Below, one piece after another: positions 53,043 through 63,690 of a DNA stretch of 64,000 bases. Below the pieces are notes generated by a model that was not told where the DNA came from, searched no databases, and saw only the letters and a list, made by a program, of their open reading frames with translations. A program made the translations under genes and the position numbers. Source of the stretch: Trichosphaerium sp. ATCC 40318 (lineage: Eukaryota; Protista; Tubulinea); NCBI GenBank assembly GCA_038496445.1, contig JALMLS010000548.1, positions 62,001 through 126,000 on the forward strand. The letters run 5' to 3'. How positions within the stretch are numbered: the first letter of the stretch is position 1; each line of letters starts with the position of its first letter.

Positions 53043-55468
53043 ATGGCAGAATCAACTAAAAAAATTACTCTTCCGCCTGGTTTGAAGCTACTCGATTTTA
53101 CAGTAACAAAATGCGAAGCAGGCTTCGAAGAGGGATACCCTGTTGAAAATTCATTTAAAAACGACAAACGTGCATTCTATTGTAGTCCTGTTGGTACACC
53201 AGCGAACGTTAACATAGAACTTGCTTATACAGGCGAAACTTTTACTTTAACGCACTTACTGGCCAGAGCACCTGATAATTGTACTGCTCCATTGAAAACT
53301 GGTACATTAGAGCGTTTTTCGGTAAAAGCATTCTAAACCGAACACAAGGAGCTGTTTTCGTTTCGAATGAGCCTATTGACGTTGCTACAACAAAGCAATA
53401 TGATGATTTGAACAAAGACGCTTTCGACGCGTTGACAGGAAAGCCTGGAGAGCCAGTGGTGTTCTTTGACATTGACTCAGAGACACAACAGTGTGAAGTA
53501 CAACTATCTAAGCCTTGTACCGGTATGAAACCGTTTAAACTCGTCAAAACATCAACCATGCGTCGTAATGTTGTTTGTTAACAAACACGTAGGAAAGTAT
53601 GCCGTTTTAAAGCTTATTTCTTCTGAACCTGTTGATGAGAATATGGACGTTGATTTCGTCGGTCTAGTCGGTTATGATGGCGAAAGTAAGGACTTGTCTA
53701 AAGAATCGGTTCAGAATGTTGGTGTTTCTCTTGGTATTCTAGATCCTCCTATGGCTACGTTTATGGAGTTAAAGCAAGCTTCTGCACGTTATCTTCGTGT
53801 TGGTGATGGTAAAAAGATAATCATGTTTGTTGATAAAGTGAAAGAAGAGGATAAACAGAAATACATAGACGCTGTACGTTCAAAGAAACAACCTGACCTA
53901 TTTGATTTTTTTGTGCTTTTTTCGTTTTGCCGTTCTGATGCTTTTTCTGACTTGCTGTTGTTTTTAGCTTGATGCACTTGCTTCTAAACCTGAAAAAGGA
54001 TACGATCGTTACTTTTTTGCTAATGACGACAAGTTTGTGCCAAGGTATGGTTGTCATCTGTATCTATTTTTTTTTTGTAATTTTTGTTTGCAGATCAAGA
54101 GAATGGGCAGGTGTTAAAGGTGAAGGTATCGCAATGGTTATTGTTGATGACCAGACCAAATTCCTTCATCAACCAAAAGACGGTTCATTAGATACAAGCG
54201 ATATGCGCGCATTCATAACACAACATAGAGAGGTGAGTTACAACTTATTTTTTTGAAGAAAAGACGAAAAGTCACCTCGTTTGTTCTTCTTTTCACCTCT
54301 CTTTAGAATAAATTGTCACCTTATTTAAAGTCTGGTCCTGTACCTGAGCAACCTGTTGAGAATGGTTTAACAACTATTGTTGCTGACACATTCGTATCAG
54401 TAGTACTTGATAACACTAAATACGTACTACTTGATGTATACGCTGACTGGTGTGGTCCTTGTCGTACGCTTAAACCTGAGTATGCACGTGTAGCAAGAGT
54501 ACTCAAAGACGTAGAAGTACGTATATCATTTATTTTTGTCTTTTCTGTATGCCGCTAGCAGTTCTGAATGGTGCAGTATTTTCAACAAGGCATAGTTTGA
54601 CTTTTAGCTTCTTTTTCTTTTCGGACTGCTAATAATGCCTTTTTTGTACAGAATATCGTCTTGGCCAAGATGGACAGTGATGATAATGATGTTGATGCAA
54701 AGTATTTACCTGAAACTTCTGTGCCAAATGTAAAGTTTTTCCCTATCGATAAAAAAGAGGAACCTATCAAGTATTCAGGAGATCTTACAGCTGAGGCCAT
54801 CCTCTCATTTTTGCATGAGCAAACAGGTGGTAAACTATTCAAACTTGATGAAACTACAAAGAAGGCACTTGAAGCCAAAAAAGAAGATGAGGCAAAGGCG
54901 CTAAAGAATGTCAAGAAGGTAAATACATCTTCTTTGTTTTCCAATTTTTTTTTTGCAATACACAGTACTTGGTATGTCGTATTTTATATTCAGTTTTCTG
55001 TTTTTAAAATACAATACCTATAGTCATTTATAATTATGGTGTTATCGATTTGTGGCTTGTACACGCGATAGTGGTTTTTTTTCCTATTTTTTTCTGAAAC
55101 TTACTTTTTTCATGAAGGTTCACAGTGCAGAAGAATATAAACAATTGCTGGCTTCAGATGGTTTAGTATTAGTTGACTGGTTTGCCACATGGTATTTAAT
55201 TACAATACTAAGTAATTAGTTAAATAACATGTTTTTTAGGTGTGGACCTTGCGTTGCTATCTCACCGCTTTTTGCAGACCTTTCTGAAGAATTTCCAGAT
55301 GTCACTTTTGTAAAAGTTGATGTTGACCAGTTTGAAGATTTATCTGCTGCTGCTGATATACAATGTATGCCTACTTTCCATTTTATGAAAGGTGGTAAAA
55401 AGCTAGAATCAGTAGAAGGTAGTGCTTCAGGTGATAAATTCAAAGAATTGATTGAGAAACATAAGTAA
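53043..55468 (+). CDS. Cytosolic multi-thioredoxin protein: N-terminal jelly-roll-like domain, PDI b'/x/a'-like part and a C-terminal thioredoxin
   Basis: PYLKSGPVP (PDI x-linker), VLLDVYADWCGPC, VLAKMD, and a second LVDWFATW|CGPC...QCMPTFHF. No signal peptide or KDEL. Confidence 0.85.
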
Positions 55469-56904
55469 AACTTATGAGAAAAAAAAACTAAAATAAAACA
55501 GCGAGATAAAGTCGCTTTATCATCTGACACACAGTCGGGTTAAAATCAAGTCGTTTTTGATTTATTAGTAGTACAAAGTTGTTAACTTTAAACACCACTT
55601 TTCACATCAGTAAGCCTCCTCAGATACGGAATACATACAATTTATTGATATAATACAATTTTGACATGTGTCAGTTTTACTTTTTCGTTTAATACTTTCA
55701 GTTCTTGTGTACCTTATAACCTCATGGTAAGTAAGGATAAATGAGGTTAACACATATGGTCGACAGTTCATGTCTCGTTTACGAAACTTAAACGAGCTGT
55801 TCTGGCCTTCGAAATGGTACTGTGTTGTACGATTTTGTTGAATTGATGCCAGCCTTATCTATGATTTATGTAAGATAGAGATTGGATCAAATATCAATAA
55901 TATAGTACCTGGTGAAACAATATGAACCTCTACTGCCGGCTTTGCTCCAAAATGTCTGTTGTGACATGTCTTACAACAATATTTCCAAATAAATAAACCA
56001 GTGAGACAAACAATACAAAATAATCCAAAAGCAATAGAACATAGGAAAGTGACTTCTGAGTTAGTAAGCCCTGTACAATCTTCATAGTCATGTATGCACT
56101 TGCTACGCCCTTTACTAATAGTAGGGTGTTAAAAATACTACAATAACATGTTAACAAACCTGCAATAAGTGCATTCATTCGTTGAATAGCAATGGTCTTC
56201 CGACAAATTGTGACATTGTGCAGTTCCATTATGTGATAACTCAGAAGCGTAGCATAACTGTGCTGTGGTAAAAATTAAAATGGTGATGAATGTTGGTAGC
56301 ATGGTAGGTTGTTGTTGGTTGAAACAAAATAATGATGGTCGTATCCTAAAAATTTGAGTGATTCGTTGAATTCTTGTAAAGTAACGTACTCTTTGGGAAT
56401 ACGTTCACAGTTAAGGGATAGGCACCTATTTTGAGGTAAAATATGGTCAGTACATGCGCGCATACCAGCGCGGAGGGATATATCACATTTCGCCTGTAGC
56501 ACAAGGAAACTTGCAGTACTCTTCCCAAACTTTTAGGTAGAATATTCGTTATTGCTTTGTTATATAAATCGGGATTACAGCAGAATTACGACAAGTACAT
56601 GACATTTCTTACCTTACCAAGCTTGATTCAGCAATGGTTAAAGTCGAATGATTTGTTAAGACAATGGACCAAAGATACAAATGTGCACAAGGCATGTTGA
56701 TTGTCAAAGTGATAACAAAATGAGCGAAATTATTTGCAACACTTGATGACGTTTCAGGACAAGACAGAGATGCGTCATAAACAGTGCCCACAGATATTAC
56801 TTCGGTAGGCAACCAAACACGAGACATCAACTGCTAAGTTAACATCTTGAGAGACCCTATGTAAAGTTGGCAAGTGATATGACTTTCTCAAATGTTGATA
56901 CAGC

Positions 56905-57030
56905 TCAATTTTTCGAATTGCATCTCAGATCATCAACATCAAAACCAGCATTGCCTGTTCCTCCTAAAGACTCTAGAGGCATCACCATAGCCTCCTTGTA
57001 TAAATACGCGTCAATAAGGGAGTGTTCCGC
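56905..57030 (-). pseudogene. Degenerate duplicate of exon 1 of the filamin-repeat gene (ATG mutated to GCG)
   Basis: Aligns to 62505-62630 (e.g. ATCAAAACCAGCA..CCTGTTCCTCCT and ACGCGTCAATAA.GGAGT.TTCC); CCAT is replaced by CCGC. Confidence 0.75.
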
Positions 57031-57149
57031 ACAGGTAACGAAATCACAAATACTGTTTGACTACATGTGACAATTGAAAAGCTAACTAATGTTGTATTCT
57101 TGTGTTCGCAATCAAAGAATACAGATCAATCTTTGGTTACAGTTCTATT

Positions 57150-57644
57150 CTACTTATTTCCCTTCAGCGGTGTTTCCCCCCCTACCCAGGATTCTTTTTA
57201 ATAACCCTTTCTCCCACTTTGACATTTCTTCAGGGAGTTTTCCACTTCTCTTGTTATAGTGTCCCCTTTCTCAAAGTTGAGGCTTTTAGGTTTGTATGTG
57301 ATCTCTCCTGGCTTGCCTCTTTGTTCGTGCTTGTCGTCATTTGCAAAAGCCCAACCGGAGCATGCAAGCAACCTGCCATGATCTGTGGTTATTTTATCAG
57401 TCCGCATTGCCTCTTCAAACAAACGCTCGTGAAGAGAACCGCTATGCCCCAAACGGCTTACGTGTTCTCCATGCATAAATACAGCAACGTTACAGTTTTC
57501 AAAGTACAAAAGAACACCGACATATCCTATGTACTCGCCTACTGGGCTTTCAAGCTCGGTAAAACCGGCACCTTCTTCAAACACATAAATCTCGCTGGTA
57601 TTACCCACTACTTTAAGTCTAAGCTTCTCCTTGTCCTTTCCCAT
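57150..57644 (-). CDS. Intronless orphan protein, copy A; frameshifted near 57262-57266 (pseudogene or homopolymer error)
   Basis: Core YIGYVGVLLYFENCNVAVFMHGEHVSRLGHSGSLHERL..LACSGWAF..YKPKSLN matches copy B. The conserved HYN..EMSKWEKGLL continues in another frame after AAAGGGGAC to TAG at 57150-57152. Confidence 0.7.
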
Positions 57645-58087
57645 TGTTTGTGTTGATGAGGTGGTGTTGTTTGTTAGTTGATTGTTGTTTAATGCTATTT
57701 TATTTCGCTATTGTATTCAATGAAAGAATTGTATCACGTGACGTTGCATCATTTTTATTATTTACAAATACTACAACTACGATGCGGGTGATTGTAGTTC
57801 TTCAAAAACTACAAATAGTATGCTTTACATTATCAACGTGTAACGATAGGAATTTAGTTTTATAAAACTTTGTTGAAAAAACTAATGTTGATATGTGACG
57901 TCTATGTAAGTACCAGCAATAAAAGAATTGGTGATATTCTATAGATTTGAGTAGCCGCAGAGTATCCTCAGAATTCATCATTGTTGTTGCTATATCATGC
58001 CTTAATGAAGCGTCATATAGAATAAACACCTTTTTTCATTAAACGTGAAGTATATCATTTTAACAACGATTTATTTTCATAACCGTT

Positions 58088-59335
58088 CTAATCTACAGGT
58101 GCCGTCAAAACGCAAATATTCTCTTTAGTTTTTTTGCCGAGTTCATAAATAATCTGTGCTTGTAGCTGCCCATTTTCATACCACTTCTTATGTACACCAT
58201 GCTTTTTACCATTAACATAAGAACCTTGCCTTAGCAGAATACCATCATGGTACCACTGCTTATATTCGCCATTTTTTTTACCATTAACAAAAGCAGCTGT
58301 TACTTGAAGTTGTTCATTTTCATGCCACTGTCTGCTAAGACCACTTTGCTTACCATCAACAAACTTACAATGTACATGAAGTGTACCACTATAATACCAT
58401 TGTCTATGCTCTCCATTATTTTTACCATGAATATATGTACATTGTATTTGAAGTTGTCCATTCTCATACCAAGCCTTGAACTCACCATTTATCTTTCCAT
58501 CACTATAAACACATTGTTTACTGAGTCGTCCATTATCATACCAATGTGTAACCGCACCATTAGGTTTATCATCTGAAAACATACAGTCAATAGCAAGTTG
58601 TTCATTCCTATGCCATTTCTTATAGCTACCTTGTTTTTTACCATCAATGACTGTATACTGTAATCGAATTTGTCCATGTTTACGAAATGTAATGACCTCA
58701 CCGTTCTCTAGACCATCAATGAACATACGCTCCATAGCAAGTCGTCCATTTTTATGCCATGTTTTATGTTCGCCGACCTTTTTACCATGATTGTACATAC
58801 ACAGCACTTGAAGCTGTCCATTATTATGCCAACCCTTGAACTCACCATTTCTCTTTCCGTTAATGTAAACACATTGATTACTTAGTTGTCCGTTTTTATG
58901 CCATTCACTTCTTTGACCATTCTCTACATCATCAACAAACATTTGAAGGTATCGAAGTTGTCCATTATCAAACCAAATCCTAAACTCACCTGTTCTCTTA
59001 TCATCAACGTGTGTTGCCTTTATATAAACTTGTCCATTCTTATGCCATTGAGTGTACTTACCATGTTTCTTACCATTCAAAATAGGGTATTGAGCACTCA
59101 TCTCACCACTTGAGTACCAAGTCATCCAACTACCGTGTTTTTGGAGGTCGGCGTTGTAGTGTGTGTTGGTCGCTGCTCTTTTTGATAGCATATGAAACTT
59201 GCGAAATGTTTCTGGGTTGAAGGTGCACAAGTAACACTGAATATCAGTGGGAATGTCCAAGATGTTTTGAGATGAAGGTACAACACTTGTATTGGTGCGA
59301 CAGCACTTATTTGGGTGCGATGATGGTGACTGCAT
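58088..59335 (-). CDS. Intronless F-box-like + MORN-variant (MORN_2/YwqK-like) repeat protein
   Basis: ATG 59335; ILDIPTDIQCYLCTF (F-box-like), then about 14 tandem 24-aa repeats of the type GEFKGWHNNGQLQVLCMYNHGKKV; single open exon. Confidence 0.85.
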   Translation of the reverse strand: MQSPSSHPNKCCRTNTSVVPSSQNILDIPTDIQCYLCTFNPETFRKFHMLSKRAATNTHYNADLQKHGSWMTWYSSGEMSAQYPILNGKKHGKYTQWHKNGQVYIKATHVDDKRTGEFRIWFDNGQLRYLQMFVDDVENGQRSEWHKNGQLSNQCVYINGKRNGEFKGWHNNGQLQVLCMYNHGKKVGEHKTWHKNGRLAMERMFIDGLENGEVITFRKHGQIRLQYTVIDGKKQGSYKKWHRNEQLAIDCMFSDDKPNGAVTHWYDNGRLSKQCVYSDGKINGEFKAWYENGQLQIQCTYIHGKNNGEHRQWYYSGTLHVHCKFVDGKQSGLSRQWHENEQLQVTAAFVNGKKNGEYKQWYHDGILLRQGSYVNGKKHGVHKKWYENGQLQAQIIYELGKKTKENICVLTAPVD

Positions 59336-60071
59336 TGTTGGCGATCTACAAGAAGCTTGTGAGTCAGAAAAAAATACGAAAGCACGTGTTTTCAAAGTAT
59401 GAAACGCAAGAGTAAAACGGCGGTATTTGCGCAATTTACGAGTAAATTGAAAACAAAAGACTATGAGAACTCGCTACACAAAAAAAACCGTCAAAAGGCC
59501 GCAAAAAACGAAGCGCTGGCTTCTGCTCGGGCTGGAATCTCGTCCGATGATATAATTTTTAAGTCGGCTTAAGAAAACTAGAAAATGGCTCGCTTTTAGA
59601 GGTCCTTACGCTAAGGAATACTATTTGCCGCGGTTTTAGAGTGAGATCGATGGTGGTTTTAGTATGCGCCTTTTTACGCTTATATAACGGCTACAACGCG
59701 TCTAGCGTACCTTTTTAGACGGTTTAACGTAAAATATCGACTAAATACGCTTTTTGTTCTTAAATCCTGCTTTACTGGTGAATGTGAGTGAAGGTAGGTA
59801 TTGCAATGGCCAAAGAAAGTCTCGTAGAAGCTTAGGGACTTTTTCTTCGTACCGCCAAATTTTTTTACCGCCTCGTCACGTTTGTTGCGTTGGTTTTATA
59901 CAGGTACATTGTACTTCAACACAAAGCAATGTAAAGTGCGCGTAATGCGAGTACGTTTAAAATTTTTAATAATGACCACGTGGGATTACACAACTCTTGG
60001 TGAGATACTGTAAAGTAGGCTCAAATTTTTTTCGCTGAGGTAAAGACGTTGTGGCTTATGTATCTTCATCA

Positions 60072-62626
60072 CTATTTGTTTGTTGTTATTACGATTGGAC
60101 TACATTGTATTGTTAATACGATAGGATAAATATATGTAATAGTAGAAGGAAGATTCGCACCTGTTTCCAATCTCTGTTCCATCTAACATTGCACTGAATG
60201 TAAAGTCTTCTCCAGGTAAGTTTAATTCGCATGTGACTGTCTAAATCACGTGATTAACAAAGGCATCATTGAAACTTGACTTCGTACATAGGTGCCATCG
60301 CTGTTATCGTATATTTGTGGCGCTTCAAATGAATTTGCAGTAGGCGGACCAGCAACTATAAAAAAAAATAGTTGAGAAAAGTTATGGTGGTTCCTTGTAA
60401 GTGTACCCATAATCTCAAATTTATCACCTCCTTTACCTACTCTATACCCATCCTTGTCTTTAGCAAATATTTTAAATGCGAATGGTTTTTTAGCAGGCAC
60501 TAAAACCATGTGAGAGGAGAGATACTTTTGATTGAAATTTTTTTCATTGAGTCACCTTTTCTTGCCAATATTGGGCATGCAAGCATTGATTGGCTTGCAT
60601 TTGTATCTAATAATGAAAATTAATAAAATAGGAATAGACACTTATCATACCTGAAGCAAACTTTACCCACATTGGTCGTTGAAGTACACTGTTTCCGCAT
60701 AGCTATAAACGTGTTTGATTCATATTTTTTAACATTTATACTGTTGCTTACCTGTACATCAACACTGTAAATTCCTTGAACTAATGGTTCATAGGTTACG
60801 ATATATATATGATTATTATCCGGGTCAACCTCAACTGTATACTCAAGTTCGACTAGTGGGAAGTTAACAACGAGTAGAAAACAAAGGTTCAGATTCCAAA
60901 AAAAACTAACATTGGGTTAACATAGTTCATACCTTTATCTGGATTCTTGATTACTACGTTTATATATTGTTTTGCCACCGGTAAAGGTTTTCCATCTTGG
61001 TATGTGACTATGATATTAAACATGTATTTACCACCTGTAATAAGAAATCATTTTTTGACCTCGTACAAAGTTCTGTTGTTGACGTGTACTTGCCTATATG
61101 ACCACCACGAAGACCAACACCTTTGAGCAGTACACTAGTTTTCTGCGTTCCTTGAGACGCTTGAGCACCACTTGCTACTAACGGTACTGTAAACAGTTTC
61201 TTTCCAGACTCAGGCCTCTTAAAGAAAGAGAATTAATACTAAGTTTCACTTGCGTTCCCCTTGTTGTTACGCACTGTAATGACAAGTTTGTAATTTCCTG
61301 GTCTGTAAGGGAATAGCGTAAAAGAGAAAGAACCATCAGGTTGTTCGATAACTAATAATCAAGCGTTAGGACTTGTGTTAACTATTCTAGATAGCTTGTA
61401 GTACGTTTAGGCGTTGAAGTCTTTATAGGTCCCTCAAGCTCAACAAAAAACTCTTTGGGTGATATACCAGTGTAAACAATTTCTTGTGCATCATCTATGG
61501 CAATCGTAAGGTCATTTATCCTACTTTAGGAAGAACATAACAGTCTAAAAAAAGAAGTACTTACTTTCTGCAAGCAAAATAAATTCTGATTTTTTTCCAC
61601 TTATCAGATCAATATCGCCATCAATCTGCCACGTGACTTTACCAATGTAAGGTTTCTATAACACATCAATACCTAAAGAAATAACTAATGAGTACCCTGT
61701 CTTCAGGTGGTGTTGGAACAACTGCTTGTTCAGGAGGACTTTGAATCAAGTCATCAATAAGGAAATCCAGGCTAAATTCAACTTCTGCATCGTTGTCATC
61801 TAGGTAACAAAGGTAAGTTGCCTATCAAGAAGTTTCGCGCTTTGGGAGCAAACATGAGAACAGGCGCTTTATTCGGACAACTTGCCCCCTGTGTCCAAAC
61901 CACGCATTGGCGTCATCTCATACTCATCATGTATCTCAGCTATTGGTCGTCTTTGTGGTGATACATATCTTGGACCGTCAATAGGTGGAGGCAAAGGTTG
62001 ATGAACTCTTTCAATTGGTACTGGTGCTGGTGTAGGCATAGGTGGTATACCTAGCGCTTCAGCTTGTTCTGCACTGATTTCCAGCGATTCAAAGAGATCA
62101 TCCAAGTCGTTAAATCCTCCCTTTCCTCCAATATCCTGAGTTACAGCTTGGGCCTTAAATTCGTTCTCTATAGCTTCTTCTTGTTCGTCGTCTGAATCGG
62201 AAGAAGACGACACTTCATCGGAGAACAAATCCTGAACTTCCTAGCGAAAAACACTCAACCGGATTTATTTTGTTTATCACGTGCTAATAGCGACTTACTT
62301 CAGAATCGTCTTCATCGCCATCTATGTCTTCCTCAAGAACATCCAACTGTTCGCCTGCTATTGGCACTTCTGTTTCTACTTGTTTTTTATCTGGTTCATC
62401 TATTGAGTGGTAAATAACACGCGAACGCTTTTGGTTTGATAAATTACAGTTTTGACAAAAAAATAAAAAGCAACCGCTGTATAATGTTGTAACCTGCGAT
62501 CAAAGCCTCGAATTGCGCGTCTAGATCATCAAAATCAAAACCAGCAGTCCCTGTTCCTCCTGAAGGCTCTGGAGGTGTCGCTACAGCGTCTCCGGATAAC
62601 CACGCGTCAATAAAGGAGTCTTCCAT
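60072..62626 (-). CDS. Filamin (Ig-like) repeat protein with acidic, LD-motif-like N-terminus and no CH actin-binding domain
   Basis: FAFKIFAKDKDGYRVGKGGDKFEIM, VAGPP...IYDNSDGTY, EQPDGSFSFTLFPYRPGNYKLVIT, IYIVTYEPLVQGIYSVDV; ends EIGNSPIVITTNK*. About three filamin repeats. Confidence 0.85.
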
Positions 62627-63690
62627 ACGAGTAACGCAAAATCACAAACTTTGCTGTTTGAATACACGTGCTCTATGACTTGACAAAAGTTGAGGCGAAA
62701 AAAAAGTCAAGATATTTATTATTGATTCATACACGTGACAATCGAAAAGCTAAGTGTTGTTTTATTCTTGTGGCTCAATAATCATTTGTTGGCAACTGTA
62801 CTATTCTACTTCTTCAAGGAGTTCGGGTTTTTCATGGTCTTTTTTCCTTTTAGTATTTCTCCTAACAGATCTTGCTCCCACTTCGACATTTGTTCAAGAG
62901 TTTCCTTTTCATCAAGATCACCCTGAATATTATAATTTCTCGCTTCGTATACGAAGTTGAGGCTAGTAGATTTGTATGTAACCTGTCCAGGAAGACCTCT
63001 TGTATCTTCGTGATTTGCAAAAGCCCAACCTGAGCAGGCAAGCAACCTGCCACGATCCGTGGTTATTTTCTCGTTTTGTATGACCTCTGTATACAAACGC
63101 TCGTGAAGAGAACCGCTATGCCCCAAACGGCTTACGTGGTCTCCATGCATAAATGCAGCAACGTTACAGTTTTCAAAGTACACAAGGACACCGACATATC
63201 CTATGTACTCGTCTACTGGGGTTTCAAGCTCGGTTACATTGTCTTCTGTAAGTAAATAAACGGCGCTTTTATTGTACTTTACTTTGTTCTTAAGATTGTC
63301 GTCCTTTCCCATTGTTTGTGTTGATGAGGTGGTGTTGTTTGTTAGTTGTTTGTTGTTTAATGCTATTTTATTTCGCTATTGTATTCAATGAAAGAATTGT
63401 ATCACGTGATGTTGCATCATTTTTATTATCTACAAATAATACAACTACGATGCGGGTGATTGTAGTTCTTCAAAAACTACAAATAGAATATGCTTGGCTA
63501 TGTTATCAACGCGTAACGATTTTACAGAGAGTTACGAACAGGAATTTAGTTTTAAGTGAAACAAAAAGGTTAGTATGTAGGTGCACTACAACAATAAAAG
63601 AATTGGCTATTCTAGAAGGTTTGAGTGACCATTGGGTATCCTCAGAATTCGTAGTTGCTGTTGTTATATCATGCCTTAATGGCGTTATAC
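62505..63690. repeat. Segmental duplication copy B (paralog of about 56905-58020)
   Basis: See copy A. Confidence 0.9.
62806..63312 (-). CDS. Intronless orphan protein, copy B (168 aa, intact)
   Basis: Open ATG-to-TAG frame. Its core is conserved at protein level with copy A, which supports coding status. Confidence 0.8.
   Translation of the reverse strand: MGKDDNLKNKVKYNKSAVYLLTEDNVTELETPVDEYIGYVGVLVYFENCNVAAFMHGDHVSRLGHSGSLHERLYTEVIQNEKITTDRGRLLACSGWAFANHEDTRGLPGQVTYKSTSLNFVYEARNYNIQGDLDEKETLEQMSKWEQDLLGEILKGKKTMKNPNSLKK

Larger units (their letters stand above)
56905..58020. repeat. Segmental duplication copy A (paralog of about 62505-63690)
   Basis: Colinear similarity over filamin exon 1, the orphan ORF and its upstream region; 57632-57820 is nearly identical to 63300-63490. 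Confidence 0.9.

Noticed and set aside
56867-57070. Plus-strand 67-aa ORF
   Set aside because: It is the antisense of the degenerate filamin exon-1 copy.
57644-57865. Plus-strand ORFs MFVLMRWCCLLV... (also 63312-63710)
   Set aside because: They start at TTG, have different lengths in the two copies and lie over the duplicated upstream region; better explained as conserved non-coding DNA.
59336-59500. Giant-virus early promoter (AAAATTGA) for the MORN gene
   Set aside because: Only an imperfect TAAATTGA is present, on the wrong strand.
62806-63312. Orphan ORF as a YwqJ-like deaminase toxin partner of the YwqK-like gene
   Set aside because: It lacks the HxE...PCxxC deaminase signature; only a generic effector hypothesis is kept.
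56905-63690. Duplicated segments as LTRs of a retroelement
   Set aside because: No TG...CA ends and no gag/pol between them; the repeats include a host exon and bracket an intron-containing host gene.
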